Of a stretch of DNA of 64,000 nt, positions 9,718 to 19,227 are shown piece by piece. The position numbers were made by a program, and so were the translations under genes. The stretch is from an uncultured Planctomycetaceae bacterium. GTDB lineage: Bacteria; Planctomycetota; Planctomycetia; Planctomycetales; Planctomycetaceae. Numbering within the stretch: the first letter of the stretch is position 1; each line of letters starts with the position of its first letter. The stretch covers positions 417,245 to 481,244 of the forward strand of contig CAWCZR010000009.1 of assembly GCA_963800135.1 (NCBI GenBank). Direction: 5' to 3'. Below the pieces are notes generated by a model that saw nothing but the letters and a program-made list of their open reading frames with translations, was not told where the DNA came from and did no database searches.

Positions 9718-10898
9718 CTAAATAAGACCTCGCACCGTGCGTAGCGCGGAGGGAGAATGATCTGGAGTAGAAAACAGGCTTGGCTCTAAGGTTGTGGGTG
9801 ATAGACGACCACAATCCCCGGAGACCAAGCCATGGATGGCCATCTTCGTCTTTCGACGCGGGAACGCAAAACGTGTTTGAAGACCTTGCGGACAGCGCGG
9901 ACGGCTCGGCGAGCACTGGTCCTGTTGTTGCTGGCCGAAGGACGTTCCTACCGCGAGATCCGCGCGGCCACCTTTGCCAGCCCGACTTTGATCCGCTCGG
10001 TGAAACGGGAGTTTGCGACAGGTCGGCTGGGAATGGCTTTGCGAACCGAAGAACAACCAGACACAGTTCCTTCGTGGCTGATTTTCGTCGTGCGGTGGCT
10101 GTTGAAGTCGACGCCGCAGGACTTCGGCTTCTTCCGGAGCCGCTGGTCGTGCGGTCTGTTGGCCTTGCTGTTGTGGGAACAGGAACGCATCCGCGTGAGC
10201 CCCGAAACGGTCCGCCGGGGGATGCACCGGCGGGAGTTTGTCTGGCGTCGTCCCCGGCCGGTCGTCGGGCCGCGCGATCCGGAGCATGCCCGGAAGCTGC
10301 AGCAAATCCAGCGATTCATCGGACAACTGCCGGCCAACGAGACCGTTGTGTTCCAGAACGAAGTGGATGTCCATTTGAACCCCAAGATCGGGTCGATGTG
10401 GATGCGTCGCGGCCAGCAAGCCGAGGTCGTCACGCCAGGCAACAACGAAAAACGGCATTTGGCTGGATCGCTTCACTGGCGGACAGGACGGCTGTTGTTG
10501 TCGGCTCCAGGAAAGCAACGCAACGCGGCGCTCTTCGTGGCCCACCTCGACGACCTGCGTCGGCAACTGCGGTCCTATCGGGTGATCCATGTGGTCTGCG
10601 ACAACGCCAAGTTCCACGATTGCCGCGCCATCCGCGATTACCTGCTTCAACACCCCGGTCGAATTGTCCTCCACTTTCTTCCGAAGTACGCGCCCGAGAC
10701 GAATCCCATCGAGCGCGTCTGGTGGCACCTCCACGAGACGATCACCCGCAATCACCGCTGTCAGTCGATCGACGAACTCCTGCGAGAAGTCACCGATTGG
10801 GCCGCGGCTCAAAAAACATTTTTCCTGCAAACGGCCAGCTTCACAGACCTGTACTCCTTAGCCGCTTAGCGCTCCGCTTCGGTGGAGGTTTTATTTAG
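9718..10898 (+). mobile_element. IS630-family (Tc1/mariner superfamily) insertion sequence, apparently intact
   Basis: Terminal inverted repeats are CTAAATAAGACCTCGCACCG (left, from 9718) and the reverse complement of CGGTGGAGGTTTTATTTAG (right, to 10898), about 18/20 matching. TA dinucleotides sit at or inside both ends (9719-9720, 10896-10897). It encloses one DDE transposase gene. Confidence 0.85.
9832..10869 (+). CDS. IS630-family DDE transposase
   Basis: N-terminal HTH (RALVLLLLAEGRSYREI). DDE triad context: VFQNEVDVHLNP, HVVCDNAKFH, YAPETNPIERVW. Confidence 0.9.
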   Translation: MDGHLRLSTRERKTCLKTLRTARTARRALVLLLLAEGRSYREIRAATFASPTLIRSVKREFATGRLGMALRTEEQPDTVPSWLIFVVRWLLKSTPQDFGFFRSRWSCGLLALLLWEQERIRVSPETVRRGMHRREFVWRRPRPVVGPRDPEHARKLQQIQRFIGQLPANETVVFQNEVDVHLNPKIGSMWMRRGQQAEVVTPGNNEKRHLAGSLHWRTGRLLLSAPGKQRNAALFVAHLDDLRRQLRSYRVIHVVCDNAKFHDCRAIRDYLLQHPGRIVLHFLPKYAPETNPIERVWWHLHETITRNHRCQSIDELLREVTDWAAAQKTFFLQTASFTDLYSLAA

Positions 10899-10905
10899 TC
10901 CCGCC

Positions 10906-11165
10906 GGGACGGGACTCTCACATTTAATATAAGGGGGGTGGACCCACCGCTGAGAAGTCCCACCGGTCAGCGGCTATCCGGTGAGCGGCAATCCGACCCG
11001 ACGACCGGGACGGGATTGATTTGGGCCGGGACGGGACAAGTTGTTTCACCGAGAAAACCCCGGCGAAATTCCCCCCTCACCCCCCACCCCTCTCCCCATC
11101 GGGAATGGGGCGAGGGAGGAGACGGGACGGGACTCGTTTGCGCTCCGTGGGACACGGGACGGGAC
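10906..11165 (+). repeat. Five same-orientation copies of GGGACGGGA(C/T), plus a C-tract/G-tract palindromic element
   Basis: Copies start at 10906, 11007, 11028, 11124 and 11156. C-tracts lie at 11071-11097, G-tracts at 11101-11131, and a hairpin CCCTCTCCCCA/TGGGGCGAGGG at 11088-11116. Confidence 0.7.
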
Positions 11166-11192
11166 AAGCCGCCCGCTCGCTAGAATGACGGC

Positions 11193-11441
11193 ATGAGCGA
11201 CGAACCGAAGGGACCGGACATGAAGCGAATCGGGTGGCTCTGGGGCTTGTCATCTCCCGTCGCAATCGTTGCCGTTATTTTGGGGACCGTCGCCGGACTC
11301 GCCTGCGTCTTTTCCATTGACTTCCTCGGGATTCCGTACACTCTGGCCGTTAGTGTGATCTCGGGGGCCGTCGGCGGAATTATCCTAGGACTCTGCCTCA
11401 GACGTTGGCCCCCAAGTGGACTGAACGGTCGGCGTGCTTGA
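11193..11441 (+). CDS. Small membrane protein (2 predicted TM), N-terminus MSDEPKG
   Basis: 82-aa ORF with hydrophobic spans WLWGLSSPVAIVAVILGTVAGLACVF and LAVSVISGAVGGIILGLCL. It shares the start junction with the small ORFs at 51.4-52.8 kb. Confidence 0.45.
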   Translation: MSDEPKGPDMKRIGWLWGLSSPVAIVAVILGTVAGLACVFSIDFLGIPYTLAVSVISGAVGGIILGLCLRRWPPSGLNGRRA

Positions 11442-11638
11442 GCGTCGCAAAACTCCCGCGCCATAAACCAACTGTCGTCCAGGACGCGGCGCTCCCCCAG
11501 ACTCACGACAAACCGCCTGCCGCGTCGCGCCCACAAAAAAATGAAAAAATATTGGCATTTTGGGAGGGATCACTTTAATCTGAACAAAAGTTGGGCCTAA
11601 ACGCTGTTCCACCGGACATTCGCGGGAGTGAGGCGGTC

Positions 11639-13210
11639 ATGGCACGAGAACAAATCGGGTTCGGTCTGACTTTTGTGGGACGCTTCCTGGTCGTCTTCGC
11701 CGGCCTGGCCTCGGCGTCGCTGGCGTCCACCGTGGGCAACGAGGCGGAGACGATCCTCACGAGCATGCGCAAGGCCGCGGGGAGTTCGGCGCTCAAGCAG
11801 CAAACGGGCGACTTGTTGATTCGCGGACGATCGAGCGAATCCGGCTCGCCGACCGAATTCAGCTTGCGCTTCACGTCGGGCGACCGGTTCCTGGAAAAGG
11901 TCGAAGGGCCGCTAGGCGAAACTCGCGGCTGCAACGATTCCTGCTGCTGGAAGTTCGACCGATCGGGTGTGTCGCGGACGCTCGAGCTTTCCGATCGGGA
12001 CGGTTGCGAGCTGCTCACGCGAATTCAAACCGGGCAATGGCTCGCCAACGTCGACGCCAAGAATGTGGTTGTGGCCGCGAACGAGGGCGATCCCCGGACC
12101 GCGATCCTCCACGTGCGCCAGGGACGCCTGAAGGCCCGGCTTTCCGCCAATCGCGCGACCTGGCTGCCCGAGAGCCTCGCCTGGAGCGATATCGCCGGCG
12201 AGCATGCCTGGACTTTTCGCAGCTTCCGCGACGACCTGGGCTGGAAGGTGCCGGCGACGATTGCCGTGACGACGGCAGGGAAACCGGACGGGACGTATGA
12301 AGTGAGCTCGGTCTCCCGCGAGTCCGCCAATGCGACGAATTATGACTGCGTCGAGACCAAATGGGACGGCGTCCATTTCAATTCAAAGTCGTCGCCGCGG
12401 CTGGACGTCAAACGGGACAAGATGGGGCAGCTGCTCGTCCACCCGAAAATCGACGGGCAGAGTTTGGGATGGTTCGTGTTCAATACCGGGTCCACTGTTA
12501 CGATGTTGGACGCGGCTACGGCCGCCCGGCTGAAATTGACGCCAGTGACGTCGGTTTCCACGATCTCCCCCTTCGGCACTCGCCAGGCGTCGCTTGTTCG
12601 AGGGACCTCGCTTGAACTCGGCCCGGTGAAGATCGATAAGCCGTTTCTCGTGACGTCGGACCTGGCGATGGTCCAGGCCGCGCTCGGCAAAGATGTGGTC
12701 GGCTTCATCGGATACGACCTGCTGAGCCGCTGCGTTGCCCAGGTCAATCTCGGGGACAATTCCATTCAGCTTTATGACCCGCAGAAGTATCGGCTCGCTA
12801 CGGGACACTGGCAGAAGCTGGTCTTTGACTCGGACATTCCCGTGGTGCAGGCGAAGTTCGACGGCGGGGAGGGGTTCTTTCGGCTCGACATCGGTGCCAC
12901 CGGAGCCGCGAGCAACGTGGTCTTTAACACACCGATCGTGGCGGATCTCAAGCTCTTGCAGGGCCGGAAAGTGAAGGACGTCCAGCTGGCGATGAAGCGT
13001 GCCTTGCAGGGCAGGATCGGGTGGTTCGAGCTGGGCGAGCACCGGTTCGGGAACCCGAACGTGGTCTTCGCACTCGATACCCAGGGGCCGTTCGGAGACG
13101 AATTCACGGCAGGCAACCTGGGTGTCAACTTCCTGCGAGTGTACCGCATCGTGCTGGATTACCCGCACGAGCGCGTGGCGCTCGTGGCACCTCGCAAAGC
13201 CAAGAAATGA
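11639..13210 (+). CDS. Secreted protein with two retropepsin-like (aspartyl protease) lobes
   Basis: ATG 11639 (MAREQIGFGLTFVGRFLVVFAGLASA, signal-like) is preferred over the TTG at 11591. Lobe motifs are WFVFNTGSTVTMLD (Asn where Asp is expected) and FFRLDIGATGA. Confidence 0.6.
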   Translation: MAREQIGFGLTFVGRFLVVFAGLASASLASTVGNEAETILTSMRKAAGSSALKQQTGDLLIRGRSSESGSPTEFSLRFTSGDRFLEKVEGPLGETRGCNDSCCWKFDRSGVSRTLELSDRDGCELLTRIQTGQWLANVDAKNVVVAANEGDPRTAILHVRQGRLKARLSANRATWLPESLAWSDIAGEHAWTFRSFRDDLGWKVPATIAVTTAGKPDGTYEVSSVSRESANATNYDCVETKWDGVHFNSKSSPRLDVKRDKMGQLLVHPKIDGQSLGWFVFNTGSTVTMLDAATAARLKLTPVTSVSTISPFGTRQASLVRGTSLELGPVKIDKPFLVTSDLAMVQAALGKDVVGFIGYDLLSRCVAQVNLGDNSIQLYDPQKYRLATGHWQKLVFDSDIPVVQAKFDGGEGFFRLDIGATGAASNVVFNTPIVADLKLLQGRKVKDVQLAMKRALQGRIGWFELGEHRFGNPNVVFALDTQGPFGDEFTAGNLGVNFLRVYRIVLDYPHERVALVAPRKAKK

Positions 13211-13228
13211 CCGAAGAGCCCGCAGCAC

Positions 13229-15004
13229 TCACAGGCGGGGCGGCGCGGGTTTGAGCGGGGCGGAGAACGCGTTGGCGCCGTGGGTTTTGACCCGGCGTTT
13301 GTAGATGCGGTCTTTGCAGCAGGCGAAGAGCGTGTCGAAGTCTTTGCCGCCGAAACAGAGGTTGGCGATCTCGCCGTTGGGTGTGGGAATGATCGCGAAG
13401 ACGCGGCCAGCGGGGTCGGAGACTTGGATGCCCATGTCGGTGGCCGAGTAGAGGCGGCCGTCGCGGTCGACGCGGATGCCGTCGACGCCGCTGTTGTCGG
13501 CCCGGTCGGGCATGTGCAGGTAGAAGTAGCGCTGCTTGGCGGCAAGCGAGCCGTCGGGCTGGATTTGATAGCTCCAGACCCAATGCGAGCGGCTCTCGGC
13601 GACGTAGAGCAGCGACTGATCGGGCGAGACGGCGATGCCGTTGGGCAGCTTGAGGCCCGTGTCGACGACTTTCTTTTCGCCCTTGGGGCTGATGTGCCAG
13701 ACTTTGCCGGGCTCGGCCGGGTTGGGCAGCGTCGGATTGGTGACGAACATGCTGCCGTCGTGTAACACGACGATGTCGTTGCCGTAGAAGCCGTCGGCGA
13801 ACGTCACGGGGCTCACGGCGAAGGGCTTGCCGGCGACGGGACTGTCGACGTCGTAGGCGAGGATCTGGTTGGTGGCGCTGGCGACGGCGTAGAGCCGGCC
13901 GTCGGGGCCGAAGGCCTGGCCGTTGCCTTGCTTGGAATCGGCGACGAAGAGCGAGACGGTGCCGTCGAGACCGATCTTGTACGTCTTGCTGTTGGGGATG
14001 TCGTTGAAGAAGACTTCGCCCTTGGCGTTGGCGGCCGGACCTTCGGTGAACTTGTAGCCTTGGGCGACGAGCGTCCAGGGCTCGTAGGGGATGAGGATTT
14101 CTTGCAGTTGCGGCGAGCCGGCGCCGGCCTTCACCGGTTTGGGCCAGTCTTTCCAGAGCCAGCGCATGGCCTCGGGGAAGACTTCGGTGCCGTGCCGGGC
14201 GTTGTGGGCGCCTTCACCCCAAGAGTGATTGAGTTCGTAGCCGGCAAAGCGGAAGGCGCGTTCCATTTCCTGATTGGCCATCCACCAGTCGCCGCCGGCG
14301 ATGTTCTGATCGCCCGAGCCGTCCTCGAGGAAGATGCGGATCGGCTTGGGCTCGTACTTGCGGATCCAGGTTGGGTAGTTGTTGCCGCCCCGGAGGCCGA
14401 CGTAGGTGCCGACGCAGCTGAAGACGCGGCTGAAGGCGTCGGGGCGTTCCCAGGCGGCGGTGAAGGCGCAGATGGCTCCACTGGAGGCGCCGCCGATGCA
14501 GCGGTCGTTGCCGTTGTGCGACAGATGGATAGGCCGTCCATCGGCGGTGGTTTTCTGTTCGACCTCGGGGAGGATTTCGTCGAGCACGAAGCGGACGTAG
14601 TGATCGCCCAGACCGTCGTACTCGAAGCTTCGGTTGAAGCGATCGAGAGCGTTCTTGGAGAGGGCCTTCACGCGGCCGTGCATGATGAAGACGCCGATGG
14701 TCACCGGCATCTGCTTCCATTCGATCAGCTCGTCGAAGACGGCCGGCGCGTTGAAGCCGATACCGTCCTGCCCGACGTAGACGCAGGCGGGTTTTGCCGG
14801 GTCGTACTGCTTCGGCACGTAGACCCAGTAGTCGCGGATGGTGCCGGGGAAAATGCGGCTCTTGTCAAACGAATAGCTTTGCACCTCGCCGTGTGGCGGC
14901 CCGTCGCTTTGCGGCTGGGCGTTTTGGGCGTCCCCGGCGGTCACGACCGGCGTAAACGCGAAGAGCGAGACGACCAAAACCGCCAGTGCGCAAGCTCGCA
15001 ACAT
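13229..15004 (-). CDS. Secreted two-domain protein: esterase (enterochelin-esterase-like alpha/beta hydrolase) plus SMP-30/gluconolactonase/LRE-like beta-propeller
   Basis: Signal peptide MLRACALAVLVVSLFAFTPVVTA. Nucleophile elbow IGGASSGA. The C-terminal half has YKFTEGPA..GEVFFNDIP..PNGIAVSPDQSLLYVAES..DGIRVDRDGRLY. Confidence 0.8.
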   Translation of the reverse strand: MLRACALAVLVVSLFAFTPVVTAGDAQNAQPQSDGPPHGEVQSYSFDKSRIFPGTIRDYWVYVPKQYDPAKPACVYVGQDGIGFNAPAVFDELIEWKQMPVTIGVFIMHGRVKALSKNALDRFNRSFEYDGLGDHYVRFVLDEILPEVEQKTTADGRPIHLSHNGNDRCIGGASSGAICAFTAAWERPDAFSRVFSCVGTYVGLRGGNNYPTWIRKYEPKPIRIFLEDGSGDQNIAGGDWWMANQEMERAFRFAGYELNHSWGEGAHNARHGTEVFPEAMRWLWKDWPKPVKAGAGSPQLQEILIPYEPWTLVAQGYKFTEGPAANAKGEVFFNDIPNSKTYKIGLDGTVSLFVADSKQGNGQAFGPDGRLYAVASATNQILAYDVDSPVAGKPFAVSPVTFADGFYGNDIVVLHDGSMFVTNPTLPNPAEPGKVWHISPKGEKKVVDTGLKLPNGIAVSPDQSLLYVAESRSHWVWSYQIQPDGSLAAKQRYFYLHMPDRADNSGVDGIRVDRDGRLYSATDMGIQVSDPAGRVFAIIPTPNGEIANLCFGGKDFDTLFACCKDRIYKRRVKTHGANAFSAPLKPAPPRL

Positions 15005-15165
15005 CGATGCACGTCTCCGGGTTGGATCAGACTCGGGTCGCTGGAGCTGGAGGTCGCGGCGAGAGGAAGGTTGGAATGCTCAAGTCGGCAGGAAGCGGCC
15101 CGCATGGGCAATTAATCACAGGCGCCGCGTGGCAATTACGGACGGGCCGCGGTGCGGCGATGGAA

Positions 15166-16272
15166 TTACGGGGAGTTCGTTCCGGGCAGGTCGAGCGGGA
15201 GTTCGCGTTCGGCGTAGGGAGCCACTTGATTGAACCATTCGCGCCAGTCTTTGCGGACCTGCGCGCGCCAAATCTGCATGGCTTGGTGCCGCTGCTCTTC
15301 GTTGGCGTTTTCCGGCAGGCTGGCCAACGGGTCGACCGGGCGGCCGAAGCCGTTGGGTCGGCGGCTCAACCAGCAGAGCGCATTGTTCGCTTCAATGACG
15401 ACGTTGATATCGGAATCGTCCAGCGATTTGACGATGAGCAGTGCGTCGCGCACGGTGCCGCAACGGCCGAGCGCCCAGAGCACGGTGCGCCGCACCTCCG
15501 CACGGGGATCGTGGATAAGCCGCTTGAGTCGATCCTTCTGCCCGACAAGCTTTTCGCGATCGCCTACCTCCACGGTCTCGATAATCGCCTGTTGGACGAC
15601 CTCGACCTGGTTGCTCTTGGGGTTCTCGAGCTCGGCAAGCAGCTTGTCGACCGGCGCGTCGAGTTTGCGGACTTTGATGCCGTCGCCCGTGGTCTGGACG
15701 GCGGCCAGGTTCTTCGGAAGCCCGCGGCCCCCGATCATCAGTCCGCCACCCACCCGCGGATCTTCGACTCGCGGGCCCATCAGCTTCCTCGTGGCGCGGG
15801 AAAGAAACAGGATGGCGAAGGCCGTATCCGCGTTGGGCCCGATCTCGAAGGCATCCTCGAAGTGCCCGTCGTTGGACTGCCTGCGCAACAGGACGGCGGC
15901 GTGGGACGAGTACCAGTCGTGGCCGTCGAAGTCCTCGATGCCGGCGAGCGCGCACATCCGCTCAAGACCATAGAGGTAATACAACTGAAAGCGGGAGACT
16001 CGCTTCGTGAAGTTGTTCCGCACCCAGTTCGCTCCGCGCGAGATGCCGCGATTGATGCGGGAGAGCGACACAATCTTCGCGGGGACGACCGTGCTGATTT
16101 TGCGTGCCCGTCCCGGCCGGCCCGTGCTGCGCTCGCCGCCCAAGTCGATCGGTGTCAACACGGGGGCCGAATCCTCTTCTTTGTCCTTGACGGCGGGATC
16201 TTTTTTAGGCGGAGCCTTCGGCTTGGTGCTGCGGGCGGCGCCGGGAGGATTCTTGCTGCTGGGCCGGTTCAT
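15166..16272 (-). CDS. C-terminal part of prenyltransferase/terpene-cyclase-like alpha/alpha-toroid protein, with HEAT repeats
   Basis: Toroid-type repeats are INRGISRGANWVRNNF..YYLYGLERMCALAGI..LLRRQSNDGHF..ADTAFAILFLSRA. HEAT repeats are LIHDPRAEVRRTVLWALGRCG..LDDSDINVVIEANNALCWL. It overlaps the upstream ORF by 68 nt in another frame. Confidence 0.6.
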   Translation of the reverse strand: MNRPSSKNPPGAARSTKPKAPPKKDPAVKDKEEDSAPVLTPIDLGGERSTGRPGRARKISTVVPAKIVSLSRINRGISRGANWVRNNFTKRVSRFQLYYLYGLERMCALAGIEDFDGHDWYSSHAAVLLRRQSNDGHFEDAFEIGPNADTAFAILFLSRATRKLMGPRVEDPRVGGGLMIGGRGLPKNLAAVQTTGDGIKVRKLDAPVDKLLAELENPKSNQVEVVQQAIIETVEVGDREKLVGQKDRLKRLIHDPRAEVRRTVLWALGRCGTVRDALLIVKSLDDSDINVVIEANNALCWLSRRPNGFGRPVDPLASLPENANEEQRHQAMQIWRAQVRKDWREWFNQVAPYAERELPLDLPGTNSP

Positions 16273-17185
16273 CTTTTGCTTCGTCCGGCACGGCCGCGAA
16301 GGGGGAGGGATACTCCCGATCGGGATAGAGCATCATGCGGGCCACGCAGAGACTGGCGACGCCGTTGACGGTCATCGTGTGCGTGGAAAGCTTGCCGTCG
16401 GCGGGATGGTAAGGGAATCCACCGTCCTCGTTCTGGTTCTTCAAGTGCCAGTCGGCGACGCGGCTCCAGACGCTCATCGGAATTCGCACACCGGCTCGGG
16501 ACGCAGCCCACAATCCCAGCACGGCGTACTGCGTATGGCTCGTGTCTCCGCCGTGCTCCGAAGTGCCGAAGTAGTACCAGCTTCCACTGGGCCACTGATG
16601 GTCGACCGTAAACGAGGCCGCCAGGCTGATCTCGCGGACGTATCGGCTGGGGCTGATGGCCTCCAAGAACATCATGTCGCAGCCGGCCTCGTAGAACTGA
16701 TGCTTGGTCCCTTTGCCGTACGACAATTTGTCGAATTTGGCTTCGAGCACGCGTCGCTGCAGGGTTTTGATCGCCGGGCTGTCGAACGGCTCTCCGCCGC
16801 GGATCATCGCGTAACCGACGATGCCGCACTCCTCAATCTTAATTGTGTCGAGATGGGTTCGCAGGTAGTCGACGCCGCGATCAATGGCCATCCGCACTTC
16901 GGGACTGGTCGGGTCCAGCGCGGCGCGGGAGTTGCCAAACAGGCCACCAGCGCACCGGCCACCAGCAGCCGAGCTGCGAAAATCAGCGAACGACGGCGGG
17001 CCAGGAGGCGCGACCCGTCTCTGGCCGATTTCGAAAGCGCTCGAGAACAAGGACGTGCGGACACAGCTTGATCCGACGGTTGATCCGCCGGTCGATCCGA
17101 CGGATGGGCGACGCGTACGACTGGAGGAAAGTTCGCCGCTAAACCGATCGTACGCCCGGCAATTCGCGGGAGTCAAGCGGCACAA
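16205..17185 (-). CDS. N-terminal part of prenyltransferase/terpene-cyclase-like alpha/alpha-toroid protein (start uncertain)
   Basis: QW-type repeats are DHQWPSGSWYYFG..GGDTSHTQYAVLGLWAASRAGV..WHLKNQNEDGGFPYH..TVNGVASLCVA. The first ~95 aa of the ORF look non-native, so the real start may be internal. Confidence 0.6.
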   Translation of the reverse strand: MCRLTPANCRAYDRFSGELSSSRTRRPSVGSTGGSTVGSSCVRTSLFSSAFEIGQRRVAPPGPPSFADFRSSAAGGRCAGGLFGNSRAALDPTSPEVRMAIDRGVDYLRTHLDTIKIEECGIVGYAMIRGGEPFDSPAIKTLQRRVLEAKFDKLSYGKGTKHQFYEAGCDMMFLEAISPSRYVREISLAASFTVDHQWPSGSWYYFGTSEHGGDTSHTQYAVLGLWAASRAGVRIPMSVWSRVADWHLKNQNEDGGFPYHPADGKLSTHTMTVNGVASLCVARMMLYPDREYPSPFAAVPDEAKDEPAQQQESSRRRPQHQAEGSA

Positions 17186-17247
17186 CGCCGACGGGCAGTA
17201 GGCTCCCGATGGAGAGTCCTCGACGGGCCACGGACCGGGACGACCAT

Positions 17248-19128
17248 TTAATGCAAGTGCCGTCTCTTCTCGCGCGAAACGGCTTTTTCACCGCCTGGTA
17301 CGGCCGCAGGCACGCTGCTCGCCGAGTCGGTCTGCGGGGCCATCTGGTACACGCTGAAGTCGGTCGCGAAGTAATCGGGTGGGCGATCGGAGTCGGCCAG
17401 CAGGTGGTCGGCCCGCTTCACCACAATTGCCTGGTGATCGTGCTCCTGCACGAAGCGTTGCAACTGCTGCAGCGAGTAGGGGACGGCAAACAAATAGACG
17501 TTCGGCAGGGTATAAGTCGCCTGGTAGAGATCGGAAAGTCCCAGTCGGGCGACCGCCGCGTCGAACGGCGGGCTGTGGATATTCCATCCCAGGCCCAGCA
17601 TCCGCAGGTCGCGAATTTCCCGATAGTTATCCAAAGGCGCCGTGAAGAACATCGGAAAGCGGCCTCCCCAATTCAGGAAGACCGCATGCGGATCGTTCGC
17701 CACATAACGCTCGCGCAGCGTGTGAACGAAGAGGGCCAGCACCTGCTGGTCGCGACGATTAAAGTCGCTGCGACTGGCATCAACGAGGGTGACGTCGAAG
17801 AACGCAACCGCGTAATAAACGGCAAACGCGGTCGCCGCCACCGACTTCAGCGGACGCAGCCGATCCCAAGTGAACGGTAGCGGCAGCAGGTGCCGGCGGA
17901 GCGACGCTTCCCGCAAGACGATATAGAACACGGCGGCCGCGGCGGAGAAATAGGCGGGCAGCACGACGCGCGTGGGCAGCTTGGCGTAAAGCGCGAACGT
18001 CATCAACAGCCCGTCGAGCAACAGATACTCAGCCGCGACCACCAACAGCACGCGCAGCCGGCTGCCGGCCGCCAGCACGAGGGCCAGCACCAGGTTGGCG
18101 TAGAGCATCGGCGGGAACACGCTCAGCGGACGCAGGCTCTCGGCCAGATACGTGTCGGGCTTGCTGCGTCTCCACGTGCTCCCCTCGAAGCGGTCGAGAA
18201 CGGCCTCCAGCTTAGGCCGGGAGTAGGTCTCGCGATCGGTGAAGAACCAGTTGGTGAACATGCCCCAGTCGGTGTAGCTCCAACCGATGCGATCGAAGAA
18301 GAACCGCGAGTTGTGCTCGTAGGCGACGATCGGCAAGTCGTGAATGAAGGCCCGGGCCCGGTTGTAGGCCATGAACTCCCGCCACGCGGGATTGCTGCGA
18401 TAGTGCCATTCGTCGGCCGCGGAGGCCGCCGCCACCGCCACGACGCACAGTCCAATTGCCGCGAACGGCCGCCAGCGGCGAAAGAAGACGGCTTCATAGA
18501 CCAACAGCGGCAACAGCAGAACGAGCGAGTAGTACATCGCGTCAGGCCGAATGAGTCCGGCCAGCACGACGAGTGCCGCGCCGTAGGCGAGGGACGGCGC
18601 CGTGTCGCGGCCGCCAGCTTCGTCGCGCGACAGGAGCAACAGCACGCCGCTCACCGCCGCCAGGATGGCCGTCGAGGTGAACTGCAGCCGCAGCAAGAGC
18701 GCGACCTCGAACTCGCAGAACAAGAGCGCGAACAGAATCACCGTCGTCCGCGCGGGCCGCAGCCGCAGGAAGGCCCACAACAGGCCGGTCAGCGCGGCCC
18801 AGTGGGTGGCGAGCAGATACAGCGTATACCAATTGACGCGATCGGTGAGCCGATACAGAAGGGTCAGTACCGAACCGATCAGAATGTTCGAGAAGATGAG
18901 CTCGGGCGACGGCGTGCCGGTCGTCACGCCCGACACGATCTGCGCCATGCCGACGTCGTCGTTCGACTCGAAGCCCAGCGTCACGATCGACAGGGCCACC
19001 GCCAGGCCAGCCGCGCTCGCAGCCGCGGAGAGGCAAAGCAGTCGGAGATCGTGTCGCCGTTGATCGCTCATGCTGCGGGTCGCAGGAGGTAGAACGTTGG
19101 CCGCGCGTGTGCGGGCACCATCGTCCAC
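17248..19128 (-). CDS. Large polytopic membrane protein of unknown function
   Basis: 626 aa with more than 10 hydrophobic spans in two blocks and a soluble C-terminal ~170 aa. I recognised no motif. An alternative start is MSDQRRHDL at 19071. Confidence 0.6.
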   Translation of the reverse strand: MDDGARTRAANVLPPATRSMSDQRRHDLRLLCLSAAASAAGLAVALSIVTLGFESNDDVGMAQIVSGVTTGTPSPELIFSNILIGSVLTLLYRLTDRVNWYTLYLLATHWAALTGLLWAFLRLRPARTTVILFALLFCEFEVALLLRLQFTSTAILAAVSGVLLLLSRDEAGGRDTAPSLAYGAALVVLAGLIRPDAMYYSLVLLLPLLVYEAVFFRRWRPFAAIGLCVVAVAAASAADEWHYRSNPAWREFMAYNRARAFIHDLPIVAYEHNSRFFFDRIGWSYTDWGMFTNWFFTDRETYSRPKLEAVLDRFEGSTWRRSKPDTYLAESLRPLSVFPPMLYANLVLALVLAAGSRLRVLLVVAAEYLLLDGLLMTFALYAKLPTRVVLPAYFSAAAAVFYIVLREASLRRHLLPLPFTWDRLRPLKSVAATAFAVYYAVAFFDVTLVDASRSDFNRRDQQVLALFVHTLRERYVANDPHAVFLNWGGRFPMFFTAPLDNYREIRDLRMLGLGWNIHSPPFDAAVARLGLSDLYQATYTLPNVYLFAVPYSLQQLQRFVQEHDHQAIVVKRADHLLADSDRPPDYFATDFSVYQMAPQTDSASSVPAAVPGGEKAVSREKRRHLH

Positions 19129-19227
19129 TCTAACTGCTGGACGCGCCGGCTCAAGCGGCAGGCATCACGATGTTGTCGCATTCACGGGCTACGCGGCGCA
19201 ACGGAAACGGCCGTCGGAGCCCGCGCT

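Noticed and set aside
10906-11165. CRISPR-array interpretation of the repeat clusters (also 23370-23455 and 34727-34977).
   Set aside because: The repeats are 10-22 bp or are contiguous hairpin modules, the spacing is irregular or zero, there are no unique spacers of 25-40 bp, and no cas genes are present.
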